Below are positions 16,646 through 26,360 of a stretch of DNA of 64,000 nt, piece by piece. A model generated the notes under the pieces. That model did no database searches and was not told where the DNA came from. It saw only the letters and a program-made list of their open reading frames with translations. Position numbers and translations under genes: made by a program. Location: positions 5,454 through 69,453 of IMG/VR virus record IMGVR_UViG_3300034093_000288; one strand, 5' to 3'. The stretch's first letter is position 1. Each line of letters begins with the position of its first letter. The DNA is from a virus.

Positions 16646-19600
16646 TTATTTTCTTAAGGACTCTCTTAGCTTTTGCTTTACCTCTCTGATTCTTTCTTTG
16701 TAATCTTCCTTAGCTTCTCTTCTCATTTCTGTAGCTTCTTGTGAAGATATCTCTCTACCCTTTCTCATTTCACCTATTTGCTTTATGCTAGACTTGAAGC
16801 TTCTTCCCGCACCTTCTATTAAGCCTGCTGCGCTTTTCGATGTTACCTTTTCAGACCTATCTAAGTCTCCGTAGATTGCATCCATTGTAATCTTTCTAAC
16901 GTCTTTGTATAAAGGTATGTATCCAAGTGAACCGGCAATCTCTAGTGGAACTCTAAGCGTTCGCTCTTTCTTTTGACGAGCAATTGCCTCAGCAGTTTTC
17001 TTATCATCCTCGGTAGCTTTCTTACCCAAGAACCTTAAAGTCTTAACAGCAGGAGACGCGGAGCCTAGTGTATTGATGTAGATGTCCATGATGTCTACTC
17101 CTTTACCCGTATCTCCCTTAGGCTTCTCAGTAGGTACAATTGAGAATTGAAGTGCATCTTCATACATATCGTACTCTCCATCTCTTAATGACTCTAGATA
17201 TTCTTCATTCATCTTCTCTATACCATAGTTTAATGGGACACGTGCAGCATTACCTAAGTTTCTTCCAAACATAAGAGTTGTCATTGTGGAAGCTACAGCC
17301 TGACCAACTCTCTGCATTACAGTCTTGTCAGTTTCTTCCTCTTCCTCCTCATCATCTCTGTACCCGAGTAGGCCTGCAACCATGTCAATGAATCCATTAG
17401 TCAACGTCCTTGTTGCTAATTGGTATACCATCATACGAGTTGTTACTGCTGCAATCAAAGCAATACCTTCTTTCTTTTCAATCATGTTACCCTTCATCAA
17501 CATATTGATTCCGGAACGCGCTGTCATGTACTCAAACAATAAGAACTTAGCCATATAAGAGTTAAACTTCTTATACCAAGCTGCCAACTCATTATCGTCA
17601 GGCTTGACCGTATTTCTTAATATGCCTAATGCATTATTATCAGATGAGCCTGCCTTTACAGTTACATCATCCGCTTGGGTTTTAGCTGCATCGATGGCGT
17701 CCTTGTTATCTGCCATGTACTGCTCGTCATTGTTAGCAATCTTCTCAAAGTCTACATCCTTACCTGATGCTTTCTTGAATGCTCTTGAGAACTCTCCGAA
17801 CCAAAGTGGACGAATCATTACCATATCGGGAGTGGACATCAACAAGTCAGCAGTAGCCTCGGTTGTGTTCTTAACTCTCTTTAATGTTTGATTGTAAACT
17901 GTCTGTGCTGCATTTGCAACGACACCCTTAGCCTGACTACCTCTAATACCCGCAGTTTGATTAAATATCTCAGACGCTGCCAATTGGCTAGAAACAGTGC
18001 TTGAAGAGTAGATACGATTTGTTTGTACACTACCCACGTTCTTAAGTACATTGAATGCGTCAGGTGACATTAATAACTTTCCGTATGACGCACCAACAGC
18101 CCAACTCCTAGAGCCCTTCATGACTATATAAATCATATTCGATATAGCCTCAGATCCCATGCGAGGTAATCCTGCAAGCACAGCTCTGTACCCCTGCCTT
18201 GATATTTCATTAAATATACTTCTTGCTTTTCCCTCACTCATAAATTCGTTACCTACCGCTGTATCTACAATCTGTGTAAATGCAGCGTCAAGTGCGGTTA
18301 CTAATGGTAACTTATCTTCAGCAATTTCTTTATTTTCAACAGCCTTTTCAAGTTCTCTCATTGTAAATCGTCCTTGACGAACAGCAGGAGTTAAGTGGTA
18401 GTCCATCAACACTGAGCTCGCACTTCTTTTTACTGAAGAGAATGGGTCAAAGTTAATAGCACTCACCTTTCCTGTACGCTCAATCAATGTCTTAGCACGG
18501 GTAGATGTGGTACGGCTGTTACCAAATACATTTCTCAATTCGTTGATAGAATCCAATTGGTCTGCTCTTGTGTCACCATTGATTACACCCAATGAAATAT
18601 AATTTGCAATAGGAGTAATTCTACTTCCACGAATAATAGCTGCCGTATACTCAGCCTTCTCGGACATCATGTCGTTGATGGTTCGTATCTCACCCAATAT
18701 CTTTTTCTCAGTAGGATTGAATGAATCGAATAGCTTATCCATGTCAATACCCATAACCTCGTTACCGTCTTTGTCAAGGATTGGGTCACCATTCTCATCC
18801 TTCATTACGTCCTGATACTCGTTGATGATTTCCTCAAACATCTTAACATCATCCTTAGTATAGTACGTTCTTTCCGCATTGGTCTCCTTAATTGTCTTCT
18901 TTAAGAACTCAATGGCAGGATTTACCTGACGACTATCAGGGTTTGACTCAAACTCGTTTTGAATCAGCCACGTCATCATCTTAAACTTAGACATGGTTAT
19001 TTTGTTTGGCTTTCTACCAAATGCCTCAGCAAGAGACTTCTCCATCTTTGTAATTCTATCAGAAATAACTCTTGTATCTGCTGAGAAAGAAGCCAATGCC
19101 GTAGCTAATGGCTTGAAGATATTCTCATAGAATGGACGCTCTCTAAAGTTTCCAAATACCTCATCGATAAATGCTGATGAGTTTCCTTCAAGGATGTACT
19201 TGTAGAAGTTACCATTCTTACGGAACAATGCCTTCTTAGCACCTGACTTCAATCGCTCACCAAGCATAACCTTGACACGTTGAATTGGGCTAATCAAGTT
19301 GTTTCTCTTCACGATACCATCCATCTTCTCAACTAAAATCTGAGCTCGGTTGGTAATGAATCCGTTATTGATGTTGTCTACAATCTTTTGTAGGTCTTTA
19401 AGTTCTTGAGGAGTTAAGAAGTTTAATACGTCTGTCTTAATAAACCCTGCCAACTTGTTAGCTAGGTTTCTTTCGTCTCTTGAAGGTAGCGTAGATGCAT
19501 CAATGGTTTCGTTCTTAAGACTGTCAATCATGTCGTTGCGCTCATCCTGTAGCTCTTGCTCACTCTTCTTAGTTCTTTCAGTAGGAGCAATCATACTGCG

Positions 19601-22600
19601 GTACTTCTTCATTACGGACATCTCGTACTCGTTAATGACTCCGTCCTCAAGCATTTTGTTAATTGTCTCGGTGTACTGAAGCTTACCGTTCTCCTCAACC
19701 TTGTCCGGGTAGCTCTCTAGTCGCTCCATTAGGTCAGCTGCCAATCCTGATTCTACATCAATAGCCTCGTTAACTTCCTGTACCTGTTGAATCAATTCAG
19801 AAATCTCAGGTAGCGTAAGCTCTGTTTGTCTCTGTCCAATAGTATCAATAATTGATTTGTATGTATCAAAAACTGAGATAGGCACAAACGTAGGCTTAAC
19901 AGCCAACATACTTTGTAGTAATGGAACTAGGTCGTTAGCAATACCAAGCTTGCTCTTGATGTTTCTCTTTGCTGCAGGAAGAAGCTTGTTGATAGTGGAG
20001 ATAGAGTCCACGTACTCTGCGTTCTTAAACACGTTCTCAGCAAACTGAAGGAATCGGTCTACTGCAACCGAGTTGCTTAGGTTTAGTTTGTTTACCTTTT
20101 CTAATAAAGCCTGAGCTTGCTTAGCCGTGATGCTACCTTTATCTTGCATAGCCTTTAGCTTAGCAGTAAGTACAGCTCTCTTTGTCTTCATGTCAGCTCT
20201 AACCTTCTTTCTTGCAGCAGCAGCGTACTCCTTAACGACTGTATTGATGCTGTCAAGGAACTCGTTAAGTGCATCTACAGGAGCCTGTGTTGTCTCAGGT
20301 TCTACCGTAAGCGCTTCATTTATCTGTGCGGCTGTGTAGCCACGTTTCTTTAACGCCTCTTTAATTGCGGCGTCAGATATTCCCTTAGCTCTACCAATCT
20401 CAACGATGTTATTAACAATGGTTTGTTTACTCTTACGAGCCTTGGCTGCTGTCTCTGCGAGACGCGCATCAAACTTACCACTAACTCTTTCTCCGGAGAA
20501 TAGGTCTGCAAGACCAATGTTAATGAACTCATCAAGTGTGAGGTCTTTAATCTTGTCTTTAGCTATCTTTTTTGAACGTACTAAGTTTTCTTTAATGTAC
20601 TTAAACATTGCATTCATCCAAGACTTGAACTTGGCGCGCTGAGCAGCGTTTATGATTGTATCACCCTTAACGGCTAACAATTCTACCAATGCCTCCTCTA
20701 AAGCTATATCTCTATCTCCATACTCCTTAAGAGCTTTTTTATATTCCTTAGTTCCATCAACTAACTCAAGCCCTTTAGCGAGTAGCATTTTTCCTTTCGA
20801 TCCTGCTGCTGCTGAGCGTAGGTAGTCTATCCAAATGTGACCAAATTCGTGAATAGGTGTACGTAGTGAATCAAACTGTGGATTTAAAAAAATACGACCT
20901 TCTTTAGTAACACCGTAGATAATCTCTCCGTTCTTTTCACGAGTTCTTATACCCTCTTGGTTTGTAAATGAAAGCCACTCCTCAGGTGTATTTGATACCG
21001 ATACCTCAGGAAATGCAAATCGAAGTTTACCAATGAGCATATCCATATCAGTAATTGCACCAAACTTAGCCTTAGCTCCTCTGAACGCTGAGTCCATGAA
21101 GAATGCGCCGCCTGTCTGGCCTGCTACTGCATCAGCATTAGGATAGTTACCCTTCTTATCTTTTTTAAATACACGTGCAGCCTTAGACCTAAATTCAGGG
21201 AATACGTCAACACCCTGCTTAGGGTTTGATATAAACGATATAAGGCGCCCCTTAGGCCCGTACCCATAGTTATTATGTGTTGACTTAGCGACTCCACCAT
21301 TTAGTACGTCTATACCCATTACCCCAACTACGTCACCCATCTTAGTATTCATCATTGATGGGTCGCCAATCTGTTGGTATAGGTAGTCTGATGTGAATAG
21401 TTCGTTTCTCGCATTCTCAACTCCATTGAGTAATGCTTGAATAGGCTTAAGTGTATTTTTTTCTATTCCTTCATTTGAGAAAAATGCTTTATATAAATAA
21501 GCGCGAATTGGCAAAGAGAATATATTAGTTTCTCCCTCTGCTCTTTTTTTAGACTGTTCTACAATTACCTCAAATAGACCATCTAAAGTTTCGATGTTAT
21601 TTTCCTTAATGTAATTTGAAAGCATAAAAGGTACAATCTTTTCTACCTTTTCATTTACTTGTTCAACTACATCTTCTATTGTTCTATCTCTTCCCTCTTT
21701 CTTTTTACTTATAGAATTAAGAAAAGTTGTCGCTGCTTTTCTTTTACCTTCTCCTGTAGATTCGTTGTTTATTATATCTTCAAGATATTTCTTAACACCT
21801 TCTATTGTATCAATCTCTCCATTATCAAGTTGCTCAGATAACTCTGTATACCAAATTGATGCAGCGTTACCCTCAGCTTTTTTATTTAAACTTTCTAATA
21901 AAGAATTAAGCGCAGCCTTTCTATTTTCTAATGGGAGACTTTTAATGTATGGAAGTACGTATCTAAATACGGCCTCGTTAGAGTTAACAGCTGTATTACC
22001 CATACGCATCACGGCCATAGGAATATGACCATTAGGTATTTTACCATCAGCCCAAAGTCTGTCAAATAGTTCCTTGTTGGCTTTATATAATTTTACAGCT
22101 TCATCATACTGCTTCTGAGCACCATCCTTGGTTACACCTGCCCAAGCAAGTTCCATGTTTCGGCCAAACGTATTGAATCCAAGACCACCGTCTACAACCA
22201 TTACGTTGCCCATCGCGTCCTTAATCTCTCCGGATGATAGTATGTCAGACATAGCCATAATCATTGGTATGCCATCGAAGTCTTCAATCTTACGTAGAAG
22301 TTGGTCCTTACTCTTAAGACCTAAGAACTTAAGCACTTTGCTAATAACGCCCTCAGGTTGCTTAGAGTCCTCAGCAGGGTTAATCTCTACCTCACCACTT
22401 ACAGTCGGCTCCTCAAACTCTTGCTCTTCAGCAGCCATTTGATTCATCTTCTTCTCAATAGCAGATACCTCTTTTTCTTTTAATGGAGCTTCTTCTTCCT
22501 CTGTTCTTTTTCTAAAACGATTAAGTGCTCTCGGGTTCGCTTTCTTAGCTTCAAGTTGAGAAACCTTTCTTTTTAATGCTATTCTCTCATCTTCAATTTT

Positions 22601-25600
22601 ATCAGCAAGCTGTATCCCAAGAGGTCTGTTTCCATTTCTATATGCGCGAGTTCTTTCATTCTCAAGCTCAGCCATTCTTCTATTCGCAAGATTTTTCTCA
22701 CGTTTAATCTCTGCATCAACCTCAGCAATAAACTCTTCTTTAACTTGCTTTGCAGTTTTCTTTTTCTTTGCAGGTGCAGGTTGTGCAGCAGGTGCTGCAG
22801 CCGTTTGAGTAGGTGTAGTAGCGGCTTGTGTCGGTGTCTTTGAAGACACTCCTCTACCTCTTCTTGATGGTGGCGGAGGCACAACTACCTCTTCTACCTC
22901 AGCCTCAACTTCAGGAGCTACCTCCTCTTCAAATGCAAATCCTTCCTCAGCTAAGATGGTCTCGAACTCATCAAGCTCTTGTTGAACCTCAGGCGCAATC
23001 TCCTCTACCTCTTCAACTACAGGGGCTTGTTGTACATCAGTTTGTACAGTTTCTTTTGTTTGTTTAGTAGGAGTTGGTTTTTGTTTTATTATTGATTTAT
23101 CAAGTACTACATAGCTAATATCATTATCGCCAAAGAAAGAATCAATTAATTTAATTCCACTATATCCTTTCTCTTTTGCTTTCTTTAAAAGAAAATCTTG
23201 TTCTTTTCCGCTAGTAAATGTAGAGCTCTCAGCTCTTTGTCTATATTTTTCAATTAGTTTTTCTTCGGTTAATCTACCTAAAGCATCTCTACTTAATTCA
23301 GAATTTATTTCCTTTTTATATAACTGTTTTATGTCTTCATCTGAAAAATTATTTTTTGCAAACTCACTTTTATTTTCTTGAGTTGTTAAATCTAAAAATT
23401 TAGAAGTGTCAAAATTTGCTTCAGTTACATTAGATTTTTCTCCGCCATATTGTTCTGCAATATTAGGGTTCTTAGAAAAAAATATAAACTCTCCTTTTGT
23501 GGCTGTTAAATCATCAAATTTTTTACCTCTACCTGTATAAAATTTTTCTTCCTCAACTATTTCTTCTTGCTCGACTGCTTGGCCACCTTCTTCGGTAACT
23601 TGCTCAGTTGTTGTTTCGGGTGTTCTTTCCGCCATTTCTCCGCTAACTCCGGTTTCTGGCTGTACAGGAACTTCACTTGTTGTTTGCTCTTGAACGGCAT
23701 TTTCTTCTCCTATTTGTTCTAAACGACTATTAATCTCGGCAATGCGCGCTTTCTGAGGCTTGACGAGGCTCGGGTCTTTCCCTTCTACTTCTCTCTCTAT
23801 TCCATCTCGCTCAATCATTAACTCTAACGATTCTGCTTTTGCTTCAGATGTTAGGTTGTTAGGCATTGAGCGAACTTTACCTTGAATTTTATTGAATGAC
23901 TCAACAATAGAATTAGCCTCTTCCTTTGACATTTTACCTGTAAGCAAATCTGCTTTTAGGCTATTTACTAAAGCTGAGTTAATTCCCTCTATCTTGGTAG
24001 CATTAATTAATGCTTCTAACTCTTCTTGTTTGTATACGGCATTTAAACCTACTTTAAGCGCTTGTGGTGACGATTGAGCAATTGACATTACTCCACCACC
24101 GATAGCTCCTAAGTAACCTTCGTATGCGGCATTTGATAGCGCTTCCTGAAGTCCTTTATTTTTTGAGAAGTCTTTCTCTCTATACGTATCATAAACCTCT
24201 TCGATACCAACTTGAGAAAGTGATTGAGTAGCCTCTGTTAATGCTTCAGCTGCGGCGCCAATTCCTGCCTTAACGCCAATCTCTGAAAACACACTTCCAA
24301 CGCTTGCATTTATAGCAGTTCTAATCTCAGCTTCTGTTGCCTCCTTAGATAATCCAAGGAAAGCTCTCTTCATTATATTGTTTGTTAGGTTTCTACCAAA
24401 TGCTGTTTTTGTTAGTGCCATGTCGACACCAAAGTTCTCAAGTACAGATGATAGGATACCATATCCTGCAGATAGCAATACCTTATCAGTTTCAGGTATC
24501 TTTTCTATTTCACCTGTTTCTTTATTTTTAAACTGAGCGTTATCTAATTGGTCCTTCATCTCGTAATAAGACATACCATAGAAACCTGCATATCTTGCTG
24601 CAGTGCCTAATCCTACAAGAGCTCCTGAAGATGCCATTACACCTAATGATTCTGCCAAGCTAAACATAGCCTTTGAAAAGTCTCCTCGTTTTTCTGACTC
24701 AACGTATTGAGTTGATGTGTCACCACCTGTAATAGCCTTAACCAATTCGTCTTGGTCTTCCTTGGACATATCTCCAAAGCTAAGTAGTCTAGGAATAGAT
24801 GTAGCACCCTCAACAAACTTATATGCCATACCGCCACCAAATGAACCTCTTGATTCCTCAATGATGTAGTTCATGCCAATTGACTTATCAATTGCTCTTG
24901 ATGCAGTGGATACGGATTTTAAATCAGCGGCTACTTTTTTGGCGTCTGCAGCCAATGATGCGTTAGACTCTTCAACAATGGCATCGTACTCCTCCATTGT
25001 CATTTCACCTGTTTTAACTTTTTCAGCTAAGGTGTTTATTCTAGCCTGCTCTTCTTTTTGTTTTTTATCTAAATCAGCAGCTGACTTTTGTACATTGTTA
25101 TAGAAGTCACCAACTATCTTGATGTCTCTATCGTCTCTACGAATAGATGCGTATGCTTGCTTAGGGTCAATTGACTTATCAATACGAACCATCTCGTACA
25201 CATCCTTAAACTGCTCAGCTTTTGCTTTAACATACTCACCCTCTGCCTTTTTAAGCGGGGCCTGGTATTTTTGTGATATTGCCTGTTCTTCTTTTTTAGC
25301 AACAGGCGTTTGCTTTACCAATGCCATTGGGTCTTGAGGGGCTAATGGATTCTCTAAGAACTTTTGAGTTCTATCCATCAATCCTTCAGCAGCTAGTTTA
25401 TTTGTAGCCACATCAATCTCCTTATCGCGTTGAGACTTAATAGAATCAATTTTTTGAGACGCCTGAGCTACTTCTTTTTTTGAATTGGCTCGTATGAATG
25501 TTTTAAGACCTTCAGCTTCCTTCTTGTCATCATCCCAATTCCAATTGTCCAATTGAATTTCCATGGTAGCACCTGTTGGAGCTACTACACTTATTCGGTC

Positions 25601-26332
25601 AGACATACCACCTTTAGCAGTAAACTCGAATCCCGGGAATGTATTGCCTAATCTTTCAGCAACAGCATCATCGCTAGAAAGTCGAAGAGATAACTCATCC
25701 TGACTCACAAGGCTTCCTGTAACAACTTGATTTAATCTTTGCTCTAAATCAGAATCGCGTTTAGCCTGATTTGCAACCTGTGTTTTTTGGGCTTCAGCCA
25801 TAGGCTTAACAGTCTTGTTAAACTGTCTATTCAACGCACCAATTGAACCCTCGTTAGTAACGGTAGTCCATTGAGTCTTTCCGGGCTGACGTCGTTGCCA
25901 AGTACCATTATCTACACGGTACTCATTCTTTTCCTTTCCGGGATATCCTACAAATACGTCAGATGGTCTTGCTATTTCTTTTTTAGGCTTTGTTCTATCC
26001 TCGCCTAAGCCACCTGTATAGAAGTCATCCTTTTTGGTAGAAGAAGCCGAAGTAGGTTGACCCAATTTGGAAGCCGATACGGTAGGTTCTTTTTTTTTTA
26101 CAGGCTCTTGTTGCTCAACGGTTTCTACTTTAGGCTGTTGTCTAGTAGAGCCACCTGAATACTTTGTGTAAAAATCATCTTCAGACTTTGTGTAAAGACC
26201 ATCTCTAGAAACTACATCGTAAACTTTTTTACGGTAAGCTCCATCATTCCATTTAGTCTTAAATTCATCAAATGATTTGGTATAATACCCTTCTCTTGAG
26301 AGTACGTCATAAAGTTTTTGCAATTCATTCAT
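16646..26332 (-). CDS. giant polyvalent virion/ejection protein (3228 aa) with ART-like and zincin-like domains
   Basis: Size and position after the internal virion genes; IHEFGH at about 20835-20853; ART-PolyVal-like motifs at 23080-23550. Confidence 0.85.
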   Translation of the reverse strand: MNELQKLYDVLSREGYYTKSFDEFKTKWNDGAYRKKVYDVVSRDGLYTKSEDDFYTKYSGGSTRQQPKVETVEQQEPVKKKEPTVSASKLGQPTSASSTKKDDFYTGGLGEDRTKPKKEIARPSDVFVGYPGKEKNEYRVDNGTWQRRQPGKTQWTTVTNEGSIGALNRQFNKTVKPMAEAQKTQVANQAKRDSDLEQRLNQVVTGSLVSQDELSLRLSSDDAVAERLGNTFPGFEFTAKGGMSDRISVVAPTGATMEIQLDNWNWDDDKKEAEGLKTFIRANSKKEVAQASQKIDSIKSQRDKEIDVATNKLAAEGLMDRTQKFLENPLAPQDPMALVKQTPVAKKEEQAISQKYQAPLKKAEGEYVKAKAEQFKDVYEMVRIDKSIDPKQAYASIRRDDRDIKIVGDFYNNVQKSAADLDKKQKEEQARINTLAEKVKTGEMTMEEYDAIVEESNASLAADAKKVAADLKSVSTASRAIDKSIGMNYIIEESRGSFGGGMAYKFVEGATSIPRLLSFGDMSKEDQDELVKAITGGDTSTQYVESEKRGDFSKAMFSLAESLGVMASSGALVGLGTAARYAGFYGMSYYEMKDQLDNAQFKNKETGEIEKIPETDKVLLSAGYGILSSVLENFGVDMALTKTAFGRNLTNNIMKRAFLGLSKEATEAEIRTAINASVGSVFSEIGVKAGIGAAAEALTEATQSLSQVGIEEVYDTYREKDFSKNKGLQEALSNAAYEGYLGAIGGGVMSIAQSSPQALKVGLNAVYKQEELEALINATKIEGINSALVNSLKADLLTGKMSKEEANSIVESFNKIQGKVRSMPNNLTSEAKAESLELMIERDGIEREVEGKDPSLVKPQKARIAEINSRLEQIGEENAVQEQTTSEVPVQPETGVSGEMAERTPETTTEQVTEEGGQAVEQEEIVEEEKFYTGRGKKFDDLTATKGEFIFFSKNPNIAEQYGGEKSNVTEANFDTSKFLDLTTQENKSEFAKNNFSDEDIKQLYKKEINSELSRDALGRLTEEKLIEKYRQRAESSTFTSGKEQDFLLKKAKEKGYSGIKLIDSFFGDNDISYVVLDKSIIKQKPTPTKQTKETVQTDVQQAPVVEEVEEIAPEVQQELDEFETILAEEGFAFEEEVAPEVEAEVEEVVVPPPPSRRGRGVSSKTPTQAATTPTQTAAAPAAQPAPAKKKKTAKQVKEEFIAEVDAEIKREKNLANRRMAELENERTRAYRNGNRPLGIQLADKIEDERIALKRKVSQLEAKKANPRALNRFRKRTEEEEAPLKEKEVSAIEKKMNQMAAEEQEFEEPTVSGEVEINPAEDSKQPEGVISKVLKFLGLKSKDQLLRKIEDFDGIPMIMAMSDILSSGEIKDAMGNVMVVDGGLGFNTFGRNMELAWAGVTKDGAQKQYDEAVKLYKANKELFDRLWADGKIPNGHIPMAVMRMGNTAVNSNEAVFRYVLPYIKSLPLENRKAALNSLLESLNKKAEGNAASIWYTELSEQLDNGEIDTIEGVKKYLEDIINNESTGEGKRKAATTFLNSISKKKEGRDRTIEDVVEQVNEKVEKIVPFMLSNYIKENNIETLDGLFEVIVEQSKKRAEGETNIFSLPIRAYLYKAFFSNEGIEKNTLKPIQALLNGVENARNELFTSDYLYQQIGDPSMMNTKMGDVVGVMGIDVLNGGVAKSTHNNYGYGPKGRLISFISNPKQGVDVFPEFRSKAARVFKKDKKGNYPNADAVAGQTGGAFFMDSAFRGAKAKFGAITDMDMLIGKLRFAFPEVSVSNTPEEWLSFTNQEGIRTREKNGEIIYGVTKEGRIFLNPQFDSLRTPIHEFGHIWIDYLRSAAAGSKGKMLLAKGLELVDGTKEYKKALKEYGDRDIALEEALVELLAVKGDTIINAAQRAKFKSWMNAMFKYIKENLVRSKKIAKDKIKDLTLDEFINIGLADLFSGERVSGKFDARLAETAAKARKSKQTIVNNIVEIGRAKGISDAAIKEALKKRGYTAAQINEALTVEPETTQAPVDALNEFLDSINTVVKEYAAAARKKVRADMKTKRAVLTAKLKAMQDKGSITAKQAQALLEKVNKLNLSNSVAVDRFLQFAENVFKNAEYVDSISTINKLLPAAKRNIKSKLGIANDLVPLLQSMLAVKPTFVPISVFDTYKSIIDTIGQRQTELTLPEISELIQQVQEVNEAIDVESGLAADLMERLESYPDKVEENGKLQYTETINKMLEDGVINEYEMSVMKKYRSMIAPTERTKKSEQELQDERNDMIDSLKNETIDASTLPSRDERNLANKLAGFIKTDVLNFLTPQELKDLQKIVDNINNGFITNRAQILVEKMDGIVKRNNLISPIQRVKVMLGERLKSGAKKALFRKNGNFYKYILEGNSSAFIDEVFGNFRERPFYENIFKPLATALASFSADTRVISDRITKMEKSLAEAFGRKPNKITMSKFKMMTWLIQNEFESNPDSRQVNPAIEFLKKTIKETNAERTYYTKDDVKMFEEIINEYQDVMKDENGDPILDKDGNEVMGIDMDKLFDSFNPTEKKILGEIRTINDMMSEKAEYTAAIIRGSRITPIANYISLGVINGDTRADQLDSINELRNVFGNSRTTSTRAKTLIERTGKVSAINFDPFSSVKRSASSVLMDYHLTPAVRQGRFTMRELEKAVENKEIAEDKLPLVTALDAAFTQIVDTAVGNEFMSEGKARSIFNEISRQGYRAVLAGLPRMGSEAISNMIYIVMKGSRSWAVGASYGKLLMSPDAFNVLKNVGSVQTNRIYSSSTVSSQLAASEIFNQTAGIRGSQAKGVVANAAQTVYNQTLKRVKNTTEATADLLMSTPDMVMIRPLWFGEFSRAFKKASGKDVDFEKIANNDEQYMADNKDAIDAAKTQADDVTVKAGSSDNNALGILRNTVKPDDNELAAWYKKFNSYMAKFLLFEYMTARSGINMLMKGNMIEKKEGIALIAAVTTRMMVYQLATRTLTNGFIDMVAGLLGYRDDEEEEEETDKTVMQRVGQAVASTMTTLMFGRNLGNAARVPLNYGIEKMNEEYLESLRDGEYDMYEDALQFSIVPTEKPKGDTGKGVDIMDIYINTLGSASPAVKTLRFLGKKATEDDKKTAEAIARQKKERTLRVPLEIAGSLGYIPLYKDVRKITMDAIYGDLDRSEKVTSKSAAGLIEGAGRSFKSSIKQIGEMRKGREISSQEATEMRREAKEDYKERIREVKQKLRESLRK
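22834..22849 (+). repeat. 16-bp near-palindrome copy 7 (inside giant gene, reads VSSKT on -)
   Basis: Exact copy in a low-complexity linker. Confidence 0.95.
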
Positions 26333-26336
26333 ACCC

Positions 26337-26344
26337 CAAAGATA
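26337..26344 (-). promoter_or_regulatory. -7 element TATCTTTG, 4 nt before the giant gene ATG
   Basis: Consensus match in a 28-bp intergenic gap. Confidence 0.65.
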
Positions 26345-26360
26345 CAGATTTTATAGCATA

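Noticed and set aside
16646-26332. crAss-like or N4-like virion RNA polymerase
   Set aside because: I found no DxDxD catalytic motif or T7-type polymerase motifs, and host-type promoters occur throughout.
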